A DNA stretch of 64,000 bases, from positions 178,562,001 to 178,626,000 of the forward strand of contig CM059425.1 of NCBI GenBank assembly GCA_030390025.1, written 5' to 3'. Position 1 is the first letter of the stretch. Each line of letters begins with the position of its first letter. The DNA is from Squalus acanthias (lineage: Eukaryota). Position numbers and translations under genes: made by a program. Below are positions 51,111 to 64,000 of this stretch, in pieces. The notes under the pieces were generated by a model. It did no database searches. It saw only the letters and a program-made list of their open reading frames with translations, and was not told the DNA's origin.

Positions 51111-51428
51111 CCTCTCATCCCAGGAATCAATCTAGTGAACCTTTGTTGCACCGGCTCTAAGGCAAGTATATCCTTCTTTAGCTGAGGAGACCAAAACTGT
51201 GCACAGTACTCCAGGTGTGGTCTGCATGCTAACTCGCTGTGTTTCGTGTATTAGGACACCTAAATCTCTACAACACCAACATTTAGTAGTCTCTCACCAT
51301 TTAAAAAATATTTTGTTTTCCTATTCTACCTATCAAAGTGAATAACCTCACAGTTCCCCACATTATACTCCATCTGCCACCTTATTGCCCACTCACTTAA
51401 CCTGTTTATATCCCTTTGCAGACTGTTA

Positions 51429-52261
51429 GGGCTGGATTTTAATTGACCTGTGGAGGCGGGTTTGGAGGTGTGTGGGGGGTTAAAGTTGCAGATTCGGGGG
51501 TCCCGAACCCATCCCGCCCCCAACCCGCCTCCATGCCAGTTTCGCTGGAGGCGGGTACCCGACTTGTGCTGGGACCTGCCTCCCCGAGGCGGGAAGGGGA
51601 TTAGTGACAATTAACTGCCTGTTAACAGGTAGTTTTTTGCCTAATCCCTATTTTAAAAGCTGAAATGTTGGCTTCCCGACAGGTCCCAACCACGCCAAGT
51701 TAGCGAGGCGGACCGTGGGTCTGCAGGGGTTGGAGGGGTCGATATGTCCGGTGGGCAGGTGAGTGATGGGTGCATGTGTGCAGAGGTAAGTGTGTAAGGT
51801 AAGTGTAAAGTGTGGGAAAAAGTTTTACTTACCTTAACTTCCTCCTGCAGGTGTCAGCCCTTCAGGTCTCGGGAGTCAGAAATCTCACCAGCACAGAAAG
51901 CACAATGGCCGTGAAGCTGTCAAAAACTGCAGCCTCTGTTTTCTGTGCTGGAATGATTTCTAACTCAGCCTGAGAGGAAGGACTCAAGTTAGAAGACAGA
52001 TTGTCAGTGTTTGACAGCTTCACAGAGCTGTCAAACGCTGATATTTCATCTGTCAAAAGCTCTTGACAGATGAAATGTCAATCTGTGACATCACCTATTG
52101 CCGGGTGGCCCTTAATTGGCCTGCTGAGCCCGCTGGGCGGGCTCAACAAGGTCAATCAAGTGAAAACGCAGTGGGTTGGCCACAAGTCGATGGAGGCGGG
52201 ACTGCAACTCAAAAAGTGGGAGTCCCGCCTCCATCACGTCCCCAGTATCAAAATCCAGCCC
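51429..52261. mobile_element. Harbinger-type MITE, 833 bp
   Basis: Perfect 12-bp TIR GGGCTGGATTTT/AAAATCCAGCCC; TSD TTA; interrupts CR1. Confidence 0.93.
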
Positions 52262-53319
52262 TTAGTGTTCTCCTCACAGCTTACTGTCCCACCTAGCTTT
52301 GTATCGTCAGCAAACTTGGATACATTACACTCGGTCCCTTCATCTCAGTCATTAATATAGATTGTAAATAGCTGAGGCCCAAGCACTGATCCTTGGGGCA
52401 CCCCACTATTAATTTTATTTTATTTGACATGGATCTGCAGGTTTTGTGGACCATATCGTTGGCATAGTGCCTAGCACTTTGAGGAAATTAAAAAATTCTT
52501 CCCTTACCTCACGGCCCAGAGTGAAACACTTTTAATGGTGATGATTGTTCTGGGGTTTATTTTGTAACAGACTCCTAAAGAGAATTTGAAGCTAAAGATG
52601 GTGTGTGAATTCTGGACTGCCTTTTCTACGAATACCACAACAGATAACCTGGTTCAAGGACACTTCATTTCACTGCACAGATCATCGAAGCCCTCTGTAA
52701 CACTGCATTTCTACAGATCATTTTTTTGTTGCTTTCAAAATAAATGGGTCCTGAAAATGATATTTTCTCACAAACAAAGTAAGTTTTGCAAACTTGGCTG
52801 GAGAATACAGAAATTGCCCTCAGAGATCGTCTTTCCTGCACTTTTCCCATGTGTCCGGTTGAATGCGTTGGCTTGAAGGCAAAGTGCTGTCAGCCACCTG
52901 CATTAATAATCAAAAAGGAGTGTAACTGCAACCAAGCGGTGCAGTAAAAAATAATCAAGGCTCAACTCTGCGCTTTCTGTTTACAAACAGTAGTTTCCCC
53001 AGTGCAACCACTCAGCAAATAACATAAATATTGTTACCTTCACTGCAGAGCTCTTGCTGTGTAGACAACCAAGAAAATCTTTGCTGCGTAAGTGTTAGCC
53101 AAAATGTTTGAACATTTTCCAGTAGATTAGTAAGTGAGAATTTTAACAGGGTAAACCAAATGGTGTCAATTAATCAATAAAGTAATATATTCAATGTATA
53201 AAAAACTAATTGTTCTGTTCTAGTCTCAAACCTTCTGACTCCACTTTCAGGAAAGACTGTTACTGTAGTGAAAGTACTAAATGTACTAAACACAACAGAA
53301 TAATAAATGATCACAAGAT

Positions 53320-53625
53320 AAGTAGATGAGGACATTCAAATTGTCTTAGCTAATCCCTCTAGAAACATTTAGTCCCCCCCCCCATATCAACCATCCAACT
53401 GTCCCTTAAATAACTTTAAGGTTTTCTTCCACGATCCTAGCCAGCAGTCCATCCTAAGTGTTAATCACTATTGTGTAGACAAATAAACTGACATTTACTA
53501 AGTTTGCTTTTCATCAGTTTGAACATGTGTCCCTTGTTCTACTTTGATTAGCACTCTGGTTTACTTTTTCTCTACTATTTAATATATTGTATAGCTTTAT
53601 AATCTCCCCTATCAGTCACCTCCTC
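53320..53625 (-). mobile_element. Highly decayed CR1-like 3' fragment
   Basis: Weak resemblance to the CR1 3' end in reverse complement (ATCCAACTGTCCCTTAAA, ATCACT.TTGTGTA, TGTCCCTTGTTCT). Confidence 0.35.
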
Positions 53626-56600
53626 ACAAGACCAAATCACCGACACTAGAAGTCAGCCTTGTGGCTCTTCCGTTATCACCTCCAGAGTTGGAATGTTGCT
53701 CCTGTGCCAAGCCGTTAGCGGTCACTTTCTTTTTGAGGTTTAGTCCTCTCACCTGCCAATTGCTCCCATCAAATGACCTCCTCATTCCAAGGTACTTATT
53801 CAAAGGAACACTAACCATTTAATATCTTAGCAGCCATTTTACTTTATCTCAGTGCTGAACGCGAGTGCATACTGACATTTCTCTTTAATGGTTTTTCCTA
53901 CTTGTCATTGTTGCATTGTAAGCCAGGTCAGTCATCCCATTTCATTTTTCACAGTGCATAATGCACTTATTCAGAATGAGAAATCTGCACGACTCATTAC
54001 AATGAGGGAACTCTGTGTAATGATAACTTAAACATCTCCACTGAAATCTATCTGTGCCTGCACCTGTTAGTCACGCACAGCAGGACTGCCCATCAGCCAG
54101 GCTGATGGCCTCAATTTCAGGAGAGAAATTACCATCCCACCAGGATATGGTAAATTAGAAAATTCTACCAGTGTTTGCACAGCAGGCCCACCTTGCACAT
54201 ATTGTATGTCTCTCAGATGATTAATGACAGAATGCAGTGCTCAAGTATCTACAGAAACTACAAGATAAACAAAAGCTTTAACTCTTTTATTTCTAATATT
54301 GAGTCAATACATTGGTGCCTGATATTCATGAAAATTTAGTTAAAATCACTCCAGCAGCTCAGTTTTTCCACAGAGGAAGAAGGAGCAAAGGCCATTTGTG
54401 AATTTACAGTTGGTGCACCTCCCATCACCTGGTATAAATGGTGTGGGATTCTTTACAATCATACTTTTGAAGTAAAAGCTCCCACCTCTGACTCTGGTGC
54501 AGATTCAGGTTGTGAATCGGAGCTTTCATAAATAACCATCCTGCAAATCTTCTACTGGCTTTAACCAAGTATGTCACAGCATGCAGCAGGCAGTTAATTT
54601 AGTATCTCCTGGAGCACACTCTGGTGGCTCAGAATCAGGTCCCAGTATAAATCCTGGGAGTCAGCATTCAACTCGGCTCATCTGACCCAAACCAAGTACA
54701 ACCCCTGTGGGAAACTGTACAAATGGAGCATAGGAAAGATCTGGCCTTCCCAGATAACATTTTCTCTTCCCTTGTCATTTCATTTTTGAAGTGCAATGTA
54801 TTTTTAGACCGAATAGAACATGGACCCTGCTTATGGCACGCGAGGATTTTAGTGAAAAACAGAATAAATGGTGAGAATGCACCAAAGAAAAAGAGAGTGA
54901 AATATTTACCAAGAAATCTTAAAGTACTGTTGTTTTCTTTAAGATTTTATCAGATCCTATGAGACAGCTCATACCCTGCACAATTTACAATAGGTCCCAA
55001 ATAATTATACGGGACTTCTTTGAAAACAATCAGATTATCTCACTGGATATTCTACCAGTTATTTTAGTATGCGTAAAATCGGTCATACAGCAATACGTTG
55101 ATCTAAATACTTTAAAAAACACAGCAAATATTGGAAATCATAAACAGGTTACAACACCCAGGTCTCCATAACTTACAATGATTTCTGTTAAACACTGGAT
55201 ATATGGCTTAACTTCCCCAGAACAAGTGGTTTGAAATAATTTCTATTCTATTTTAAACTTTAAAAATTCAGGTTCTACCAAAATAATGTGAGATTAATTT
55301 TATCCAGAGATACACCTGCTAATACTTCCTCCAAAACAATGTTCTTTTCCAGTTTGGCTACATCATTGCACACATCACAACATCTCTATGTTTCCTTACC
55401 TCACTTTATTTTTGATTTTTTTACATATAATATATATATATATATATGCAAAAGTTTGATTTAAAAAAAAACATGATTTGCTTCTGATAAATGTTACAGA
55501 AAATTACATACCTTATTTTCTCGTCCTAAAAACCTTATGTTGAACCCAGTTCAACAGTGCAGCAGCCTACTATTCCTGATAGTAACCCACTGTCTTACTA
55601 ATGAAAGATAGCTCTGGCCGACCACGTGCTGGAATATACAAAGGAACTACGCACAGGATGGGTGACATGGGGAGGGCTCTTCACACAGCCAATGGTTCCA
55701 CAGGATTTTACGTACATTCTGTGCATTATAAAAGGAAAATTAGGTGCTATCAGCTGAAATCAGCCATCCTGGAAAAGGAAACATGGGATTTGCAGCAGGA
55801 AGGGATCTCCCATCCTGCGGAAGAATGATTAGGATCAGCTCTGCATGTAACAGCTTCCCAAATTGGCCAAGAGTTCTCAATTTAGAAATGGTGAGAAGCA
55901 GTTACTGGTAAGCAGTGTACGGTATACCAAACCTGTTAAGCAGTGTTATTAATGAACTTATTGTTTGAAAAACAATTATATATTGCAACAGAGGTGTATG
56001 TCAATATCTTAGAAACAGTTTCATTTTAAGGACTTTGCTTTCCTGTACCTCATTGTTTGAACAGTTAAAAATAGGTTTTGAGGCAAGGATTGATCCTGTG
56101 AAGTGTTTTTTATAATGTAGGTGACATTGACAATGAAGGTTATCTTTTTTACTGAAAGAATGATTGCCTTTACTTAGATTTAATCTCTCCCTGCGCCCAA
56201 TTCCCTTGGGATCTTCTTGCAGATTCCTATGGACCAGATTCTTGTCTAGGTTCAAGAGGATTAGAAGACTTTTAGGCTAAACAATAGTCTTTATCCTAGC
56301 CATTAAAATATTCATACCTGACTTACTTTCCAGGGTTACCTTCAATGGTAAGAGCAGCATCTGTGGCAACCCTGGAAACCAAACAAAACAATGCTAATCA
56401 AAGACACCAAACTTCCATTGGAAAAAGTTTTTATCTGGTGTTTCTGACCACTTAGTACTGAAAAATATGAACTGCTGCTGCCAGTGGCACTTAGGTTGGA
56501 TCTGCTACTTTGGCTCTAGCCATGGGCAGATGGACCTCTTACGACAGGACTATTGTGGACAAACCCTTTAAACCAGAATAGGAGCAAAGGTGTTCCGAGG

Positions 56601-57486
56601 GCTGAGACCAGGCACTGAAGCATTTCTGTGCCGAGATTGGAAGGAGAGGTGTTTCTGGACTGAGGATGGGATCATGGGAGTGGAGTTATTCCTGAGTTGA
56701 AGATCTGAGCAGAGGCACAGGCCCCAAAATGCTTTTGCTCAGCTCAAACCCATGGCCTTTTTGCTACCAGTTGCCAGATAACAGGAAAGTGACCACACTG
56801 CCTCCTGGCATCAGCTAGAACTTTGTCTCCTGTTCCAGGTCCCATTTCGTCCGACTGCTCAACTGCTCTACCTGTGCTCCATTCTCCACTTGACTGCTCC
56901 ACTCTCTCAAGTCCAGGTGCACTCATGAGCAACGCCAAGCGAGTTTTACCAGTATTTTAGTCATTTGGATGCATCATATGATCACAGTGAAACATCCTGA
57001 ATTATTAATAAAAAGGGAACAAGCAACACTGTTTAAATCTGATGGGCAGCTCTGAAAGGACAAATCAACGATTATCAGTTGTAGCATACTCTGCAAGATG
57101 AAAGGAAACACTTCTAATTATTTTTCACCAAGTGATTTACAACGCCCAGTTTGTGCTTCCTATTGTACAATGGGAAAGCAAACATGCTTGAGAAAAGCTG
57201 CTTTCATCACATCCTGGACACTTTGGTTCATACGTTTGCACTAATGGATTATTTCTCAGTGCTGAGTGCATAGCAAACTCAGAGCACTGGAAGAGAAGAG
57301 CCTTATGGGCTCTTCCTCTATCAGGACTGCAGTAGCAATTCTGTATCCAAAATATATTTAAAAATCTAGCAAAATAATTTTATTTAATTGTATTTTTCCT
57401 CTAATTTCATCCGTTTCTCCTGAAAGTACCGTATGTGCCAGTAGATTCCATCCAATTGGCCACTCTTTGTGTAATCTTGACAATAA

Positions 57487-58110
57487 GGTCCTGATAATTA
57501 CGGGGATGTGGGGAGGGAGCAGGATGCAGGGGGTAGGGCGTCAATGCAGCCAGGAAACCCGGAAATTCGGGTAACGCAGAGATTCTGTCGAATTTAACGG
57601 CAGGACCTCATTTGAATTTTTTTCTCTGTTTCCTGGTCGGCATCCAGACAGAGTGAGAAGTGAGAAGGCCTGTGCTGGAAGGCCACAGCCAGGGACTGGA
57701 GAGGAGGGAGGTAGAGATCACGGGGGTGGGGGCGGAGGGGGAGGTGGAAGAGGTCGAGGGGAGAGATTGCGGGGTGGGGCTTTGTGATGCTGGTCGGGGA
57801 GATTGCGTGTCGGGGGACTTCAGATCGCTGGTCGGGGGGAGCTTTGGATCGCAGGATGGAGGCAGGTTAGCTTGGTGTGCTGGGGGAAGCACTCCTGCTC
57901 CTCCTGCCCCACAAGCAGTGCTGGAGAGGCACTTACCTGCTGGATCCGGCTATTCTCGCCTTCCTTCAGTTGCTGGATTTCCCGAGCTCTTGGAAATCCG
58001 GCCTGCAGCCACTAAATCTAAAAGTCTTAGAATTTGAGGCATGCAGCCTTATTAACATATTTAAATAACTGACCCGCCTCTTGAGAGAAGGTCAGTTGCC
58101 CGCCACCCAA
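57487..58110. mobile_element. Harbinger-type MITE, right end unclear
   Basis: Begins GGTCCTGATAATT; G-rich centre and GGAAACCC/TTTAACGGCAGG motifs related to 18478-18883 and 19590-20073. Confidence 0.6.
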
Positions 58111-58289
58111 CCCAAGGATGCAACAGCAGTACCCCCCAGCAGTACACCCTTTTGACCTGGACTGGATATTCATGTCTTTCATACATGTACTCCTTCAATT
58201 TCTCCAAGGGTGGACCGAGTGAAGATTTGGTAAGAGGAGGCTTGACACAAATATTTAAGCTGCTTTATCTCACAGCACATGAACATATA

Positions 58290-59020
58290 GGGCTAGATTT
58301 TGTCTTGGGGTCGGGTTGGGGTCGTGTCATCCGCATTTCATGTTCCCCCCCCCCCGACTCCAGATTAATGTGGATGAATGATGCAATTTTCACTTAATTG
58401 GGCAATTGAGTTCCAGCATGTGGGAACCCATGAACTAATTAGTGGTTTGAGTCTGAAAGTCGCCTCTGATGATGTCATAATTGCTGCTGCCTGGTCTCGG
58501 AGACTGACTGGATGTTGGTGAGAGAGGACCTGCCTGGCTTTTTGCTGTGAGTGGCCTGGATAGAGATAGAGAGAGAGAGAGAGAATTTTTTTGCATCCAA
58601 GTCCTCTCACAAGACATTCAATGCAGCAGCATCAGAGGCGACTTTCAGACCTAATACTACTACCTTCATCACATCTCCGTTGTAATAGTGGACCTGCAGC
58701 TGATAGTCAGCTATCCACTTGTGCTCCCACCAGGTTTCACTGGAGTGTTTCACATCAGGCGTACTTCACGTCGGAAAAGGATTAAACTAGCTAAAACGGT
58801 TCAAAATGGCATTACAGAGCCAATTTAGGGCTTGTTAAGGGCTTTAATGGCCTCTCCCGCCTCTTGGAGGCGGGAGGGAGTCGGGAACCCCGCGACTGAT
58901 TTTGTCAAAATTGCGTGGAGGCGGGATGGAGTCGGGATGGGGTCGGGACCTCTGACCCCGCAAATTTAAACCCCAACATGCCTCCAAATCCGACTGCATG
59001 GGTCATTCAAAATCCAGCCC
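58290..59020. mobile_element. Harbinger-type MITE, 731 bp
   Basis: TIR GGGCTAGATTTTG/CAAAATCCAGCCC; TSD ATA; right arm related to the left arm of 51429. Confidence 0.9.
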
Positions 59021-59314
59021 ATAGAGTACCAGTTAGAATTAAAACTCACTTATTCAATTTGACTTCACTTTACTTCCTGTACCTAAAGAAAATAATGACC
59101 TTGCCACGTCATTCCACATTGGTGGACTATCTTACTCATATGTTCAAAATGATTTCACTTTTTGTACAATTACTGGTTATAAACTGAACACCTGCATTTT
59201 TGGCCTTGAGCCCCGGACAGAACTTACTCTTCCTGCAGTCTGCTATTTTTCTCCAATCATTCTAACTCCCATGTCAGCTTTCAGTTTCTCTCTTTTTATC
59301 TCCCTCTATTCACA

Positions 59315-59901
59315 GGCAGGTATTATGGTCGAAGACGGGCACAAAAGCACCAGTTTCACTGTGCTATCTCCCGTGCCCCAAGGGCACCTGCAATACGTCA
59401 GCTTGGGTTGGTTGATTTATCAGGTGCCACTGGTGGCTGCCTAAAACAGGCATTAGGCCCCTTACATATGTGAATGAGGAGCCTAATGCCTGTTTTCGGA
59501 CCACTCTCCAAAATTGGATGGCACTGAGGCCTACTTTGCTTAGGATTCTTCAGCAGTTGCTGTGGCAAAGCAGCAGCTGCCAACAAAAAACGAAGTAGAT
59601 ATTTTTTTGAGTTTACTATGGAGCCAGAAGGAACAGGAGTACTCCTCTCAGCTCCACAGCACTCCTGAGGGCCACTGCCGGCCTGCAATTGTCCCCCTCT
59701 TGCAGGACTTGATCTCCTTGAAATGGGTGAGCTGCCTCTGGTGTGGCAACAGACGCTGGCAGCTCGCCTAAATGATTAAAATGAGGCTCGAGGCCCAATT
59801 TACAGCAGGCCTTGGGCCTTCCAATTTGGCTGTCTGTGTGCTGTTGGGTATGCGCTTGAAAATGGTCCATAACCAATGTCGACCCCAAAGAATTTCCCAA
59901 C
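59315..59901. mobile_element. Old Harbinger-type MITE
   Basis: Decayed termini GGCAGGTATTATGGTCGA / TCGAC...GAATTTCCCAAC; flanking ACA/ACA. Confidence 0.45.
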
Positions 59902-60384
59902 ACAATGAGTGTGAGGTGTTTTCCCATCACCTAGACAAGCTACTGAATAATTTATTGTCAAGGTTATGGGGAAAATAACTTCCATTTAGCATTTTAAACA
60001 TCTTTTGTGTAAGTGCTTCATTTAAAAAAAAAACTTGTGTGAATACACTTTGTTTTAAACACAATATTGAAAGTAACCCTTTTTTCAAATTATTTCTGTT
60101 AAAAAAGTCAAAAAATCCTGAAATGTGGCAGTGAGCCTTGATAGCAAGTATCAGAGGGCTATTATATTTGGTGGGGCTGGGGAGGGGCGAGGGTATGTGA
60201 TTATCGCCAAGTCCGATCAGATCCTATTCTCACCCGATATTCACACATATTAAAAATGGGATGGTTTCACCTGGTACCTTTGACCACTGAGTGCCAGTGT
60301 TGGCAAAAATAACCAGCGGCTGCTTGTGAGATTTAGATCCAGTCCTAATTATGGCTCTGGCTGACTTTAAAAGCAATGTCCATA

Positions 60385-60504
60385 TGTTTCCCACATTACA
60401 ACAGTGACTACACTCAAAAAAAAGTACTTCATTGGCTGTAAAGCGCTTTGAGACGTCCGGTGGTCATGAAAGGCGCTATATAAATGCAAGTCTTTCTTTC
60501 TTTT
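60385..60504 (+). mobile_element. Deu-SINE 3' tail
   Basis: CATTACAACAGTGACTACAC...GAAAGGCGCTATATAAATGCAAGTCTTTCTTTC matches 4738-4843. Confidence 0.85.
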
Positions 60505-61519
60505 AAGGCATACACTTTCTAACAAGGACTACTGGAAAGTGATCAGGAGCAGAAATCCAAGCTGAGTTTTTTTTTCGTTCCCTAACCCAAGGGGGCTGAG
60601 ATCAATTGTAGTGACCCTCCGGCCCCTCCCCAGCGGAGATCTGCACCACTGCCAAATGATAGAAAATTATGTCACCAGGCATCACAAGACAGATAACAAA
60701 ATGTTTTATGGTTTGAAAGCCAAAAAGAAGGGCATTCAGCATTCAAAGGTAAAACCATAGAAGACTGTTCCAAATAGCCTTGACAACACGGCAGATTCCA
60801 TTCCCAGAGGTTCTGTTTATCAATATTATGGTGAGCTTGATAAATTGAGATTCTATCAACTAGCGACCGTTAAGTACCTTTTCTTAAGCAGGAAGATAAT
60901 TAATTAGCTTACTGAAATGACATTCAATGGTAAGTACTTCAGAGCAGAAAATGATCAGAGGAAAGTCATTAAGGGAATGGCTGGTAAACATTTTTTTTGG
61001 TTTGCGCTGTGGGCTTGATGTGGATGGTAGTTCTCAGCTCTGATTGGATCTCCTTGAACATTGTTACTGCAGAGGGCAGGGCTGCATCTCCTCCTTCCAA
61101 TATGTGCAAGTCATTAAGAACAGCTGGCAAAGTAATTGGCATATTAATCTGCACACATTTTAAACACTGCCCAGATTTTCACCTGTTCAGTTTTCACTTA
61201 GAGAAGACTTTGGCAAAGTATCCTCACAAACAATGGCTGCAGATACATGCTTCTGTGAAATTGAGGTTTGTGATAAATGTTTTTCTGTCAGATTTTCATT
61301 TAATAAAGTTGAATGCACTCTGCTACTAGATGAAGCACTTAGAGTTAGTCAGCATCCCATCAGTCGGGCTTTGGAGTCAGGAGACAGCAAACAGGACCAG
61401 ACCAATTTCACAGAAAACAGTCCAAGAGCCAACTAGGTCACCCCACCCTCCTGGATGAAGGAAGACTGTCACAGTAATAGAGGGCTAAACAGGGGAAAAG
61501 TCAAAGACAAAAGAACTGT

Positions 61520-61870
61520 GGCTAAATGCATCACAAGATGTGAAACTAACCCAGAGACCAGGAAGCTCCTAGTTTAATTTCTGATCTGCGTTGTATTATA
61601 TGATCTCGGCCTGCTGTCCCCAGGCTAAGAATGGAAAAGTCAGTCAGAGTTCCTGCTCCCGATCACTATCTGGGGGCACCTGCTGGAAGAGTGTAGATAT
61701 TTGCTGAACACAAGATCCGACTCAGTTGTGATAATGGACATGGTCAAATAGTCTGACAACTTCGCTGCCTGAGCTCCCACTACTTGGCAAAATGCCAGAG
61801 GGCTGTGACACCTCAGCAAGAGTCACGTAAGTCAATGAAGGACGAAAATAGGAAAAAAACTGAGATGAAA
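61520..61870 (+). mobile_element. SINE family B
   Basis: GTTCCTGCTCCCGATCACTATC...CCTGCTGGAA...GGTCAAATAG blocks. Confidence 0.65.
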
Positions 61871-62144
61871 CCATCAGCAAGCAGACAATTCTCACAAGGC
61901 TCTGTGTTGGCTATCTGAGATACAGGAGTGGTGTAAAGTACATAGATTTCCTTTGCTTGTTCAGATGCGATTCGATATGTGGAGTAGATAGCCAAAAAAT
62001 TCACATCTGAACACAATACTGTCTGATCTGCCTTGTGATGTAATATAAGGCCAACTACATACGACAATAGTCAGTCTCATAAGTTGATACAATTTTGCCC
62101 ATGTGATATGATTTTTGTAATAAAAGCAGTAGTTGTTGTAACGA

Positions 62145-62807
62145 CAATGACTATCTCCAACAAGCAAGAGTCTAACCACTTCCCCTTGACATTCAATGGC
62201 ATTACCATCGCTGAATCTCCCACTATCAACATCCTGGGGGGTCACCATTAACCAGAAACTCAACTGGACCAGCCACATAAATACTGTGGCAACAAGAGCA
62301 GGTCAGAGGCTAGGTATTCTGTGGCGAGTGTCTCACCTCCTGACTCCCCAAAGCCGTTCCACCATCTACAAGGCACAAGTAAGGAGTGTGATGGAATACT
62401 CTCCACTTGCCTGGATGAGTGCAGCTGCAACAACACTCAAGAAGCTCGACACCATACAGGACAAAGCAGCCCGCTTGATTGGCACCCCATCCACCACCTT
62501 AAACATTCACTCCCTCCACCACCGGTGTACTGTGGCTGCAGTGTGTACCATCTACGAGATGCACTGCAGCAACTCGCCAAGGCTTCTTCAGCAGCACCTC
62601 CCAAACCCACGACCTCTTCCACCTAGAAGGACAAGGGCAGCAGACGCATGGGAACACCACCACCTCCAAATCACACACCATCCTGACTTAGAAGTATATT
62701 GCCGATCCTTCATTGTCGCTGGCTCAAAATCCTGGAACTCCCTACCTAACAGCACTGTGGGAGTACCTTCTCCACATGGACTACAGCAGTTCAAGAAGGC
62801 GGTTCAC
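62145..62807 (+). mobile_element. Second copy of the CR1/L2-group LINE fragment
   Basis: 209-aa ORF with GVTINQKLNWTSHI...RAGQRLGIL...IYKAQVRSVMEYS; near-identical to 50363-51025. Confidence 0.9.
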
Positions 62808-63579
62808 AAAGTCCTACCCCAGTGAATGCAGCATGGCTGGTGGAAGGATGCTGACTTTCAGTGGGGGAGACTGCAGATGGCCTTACAGGACAACCTCGAT
62901 CAGCTCTGGGCCTAGAAGGCCCAGCTGTAGATTTCACCACCTCAGCATGTGCAGCATCAGTCTGCGCTGGCTGGATGACAGGCAACTGCAGTGGCACTGA
63001 CGGAGAGGCAGTGGTGGGAGTACGAATGCTGTCATCCTGAGACAGGACAGCAGGCTTTTGGCCCACTGAGCCACTGCCACTCCCCTGGGGCGGTGCCTCA
63101 GCATCATTAGCCATCTGTTGGGGGTCAGATTGCTGGAGTGCTGTAAGACCTTGCAAGCCTCTTTCCACACTCGTAAACCCAGCCATGATGGCAACAGCCT
63201 GAGCTTTGACGGCTTGAGCGATTTCCTCCCACAGCCTTCTGGTGTTCAGCCTTGCAGGCCTCCTGCCCCCTGTGGATAGAGGACCTCATGGTGTCTTTGT
63301 ACCCCCAGGACCAAGGGCTCCAGAGCTGCATCCAAAAATCTCCTTGCCCTTTCTTTTGGCTGTTGGGCCATGGCTCTGTTTACAACTGCACCTGATATTG
63401 GCCGCCCTGTTCAGTGCTAAGCCAATCAGCAGCATGTTCAGCATTGAGATCAGTGCTGCAATCATTATGAACAGCCAGCACGACTTTTGCGTGCTGCCTG
63501 CTCCACTTTGAATGGGCGTGGACACATAGCTCTGCGCGATGCCTGCGCCCATTTTCAGGCATTATCCAATTTCTAGGCC
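62808..63579 (-). mobile_element. Harbinger-type remnant with one TIR and decayed low-complexity coding sequence
   Basis: Terminus CCAATTTCTAGGCC resembles the 14279 TIR; minus ORF STAGPSRPRADRG...PSTSHAA looks like a disordered Myb/SANT-protein tail (inference). Confidence 0.55.
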
Positions 63580-64000
63580 CAAATGTTAAGAGTGGCCCCC
63601 TCAGCTTCACCTCCTCTGACACCAGTGCCCAAGTAAGGTGCAGTTAGAGGTTTACCCCTTACTAGGTCCTATGGGATCTCCTATCCAAGGTCATGACCCA
63701 GCACATCTGAGTCCAAGTGGAGTTTGCAGCCATTTCAATAGGAATAGACTGCGCAATTTTGGTTCCAAGATTTTCAATAATATAGATTATTACACTCGAA
63801 ATTGGAAATAATATTGTTCTGGGCAGGATAGAATTTCAATTCCCCTAGAGTAAGTAAGTAATTTAGCTCGATAAAAATATAATAAGGCAATAGGTTTTTT
63901 TATTGTGTAATTCTCACATCTTCACCTGAATCTGTTCACGGTTCTATTAAGTTAGAAATTTGGCTGGGGGACTTGTTAGTCCCATTTCTATAACTGCAGA

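Larger units (their letters stand above)
50071..52408 (-). mobile_element. CR1 LINE 3' fragment with two nested insertions
   Basis: Tail AAGAACATAA...GGAGCAGG; minus frame [28 protein letters not shown] coding sequence near 52300. Confidence 0.9.

Noticed and set aside
60969..61154. 61-aa minus ORF with faint hAT-transposase or exon-like look (LHILEGGDAALPSAVTMFKEI)
   Set aside because: Short, bounded by stops, weak acceptor, no clear donor, no TIRs; cannot be supported without a search.

Overview
Eukaryotic, repeat-dense intergenic or intronic DNA. The repeat content (Deu-domain SINEs, CR1 LINEs ending in GGCCTACTCCTGCTCCT...(TTCTTATG)n, Penelope-like elements, many GG-terminated Harbinger-type elements) suggests a cartilaginous fish, probably a shark; this is inference. 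I could not identify any host protein-coding gene with confidence. Contents: about eight CR1 LINE fragments, one with an uninterrupted RT frame; a 5'-truncated Penelope-like element with an unbroken ~736-codon RT + GIY-YIG frame; four minimal type I hammerhead-ribozyme motifs in Penelope terminal-repeat derivatives; two inverted copies of an internally deleted Harbinger element with Myb/SANT remnants; about ten related MITE-like elements, several with clear 3-bp TSDs; L2 and other LINE tails; two tRNA-derived SINE families; an ~8 kb 23-bp satellite and a 38-bp minisatellite, each split by a CR1 insertion; and a 1.4 kb C-rich complex repeat. The very long ORFs at 25-34 kb and 16-18 kb are repeat artefacts. 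All family names come from motif recognition, not database searches, and boundaries without a TSD or TIR are approximate.
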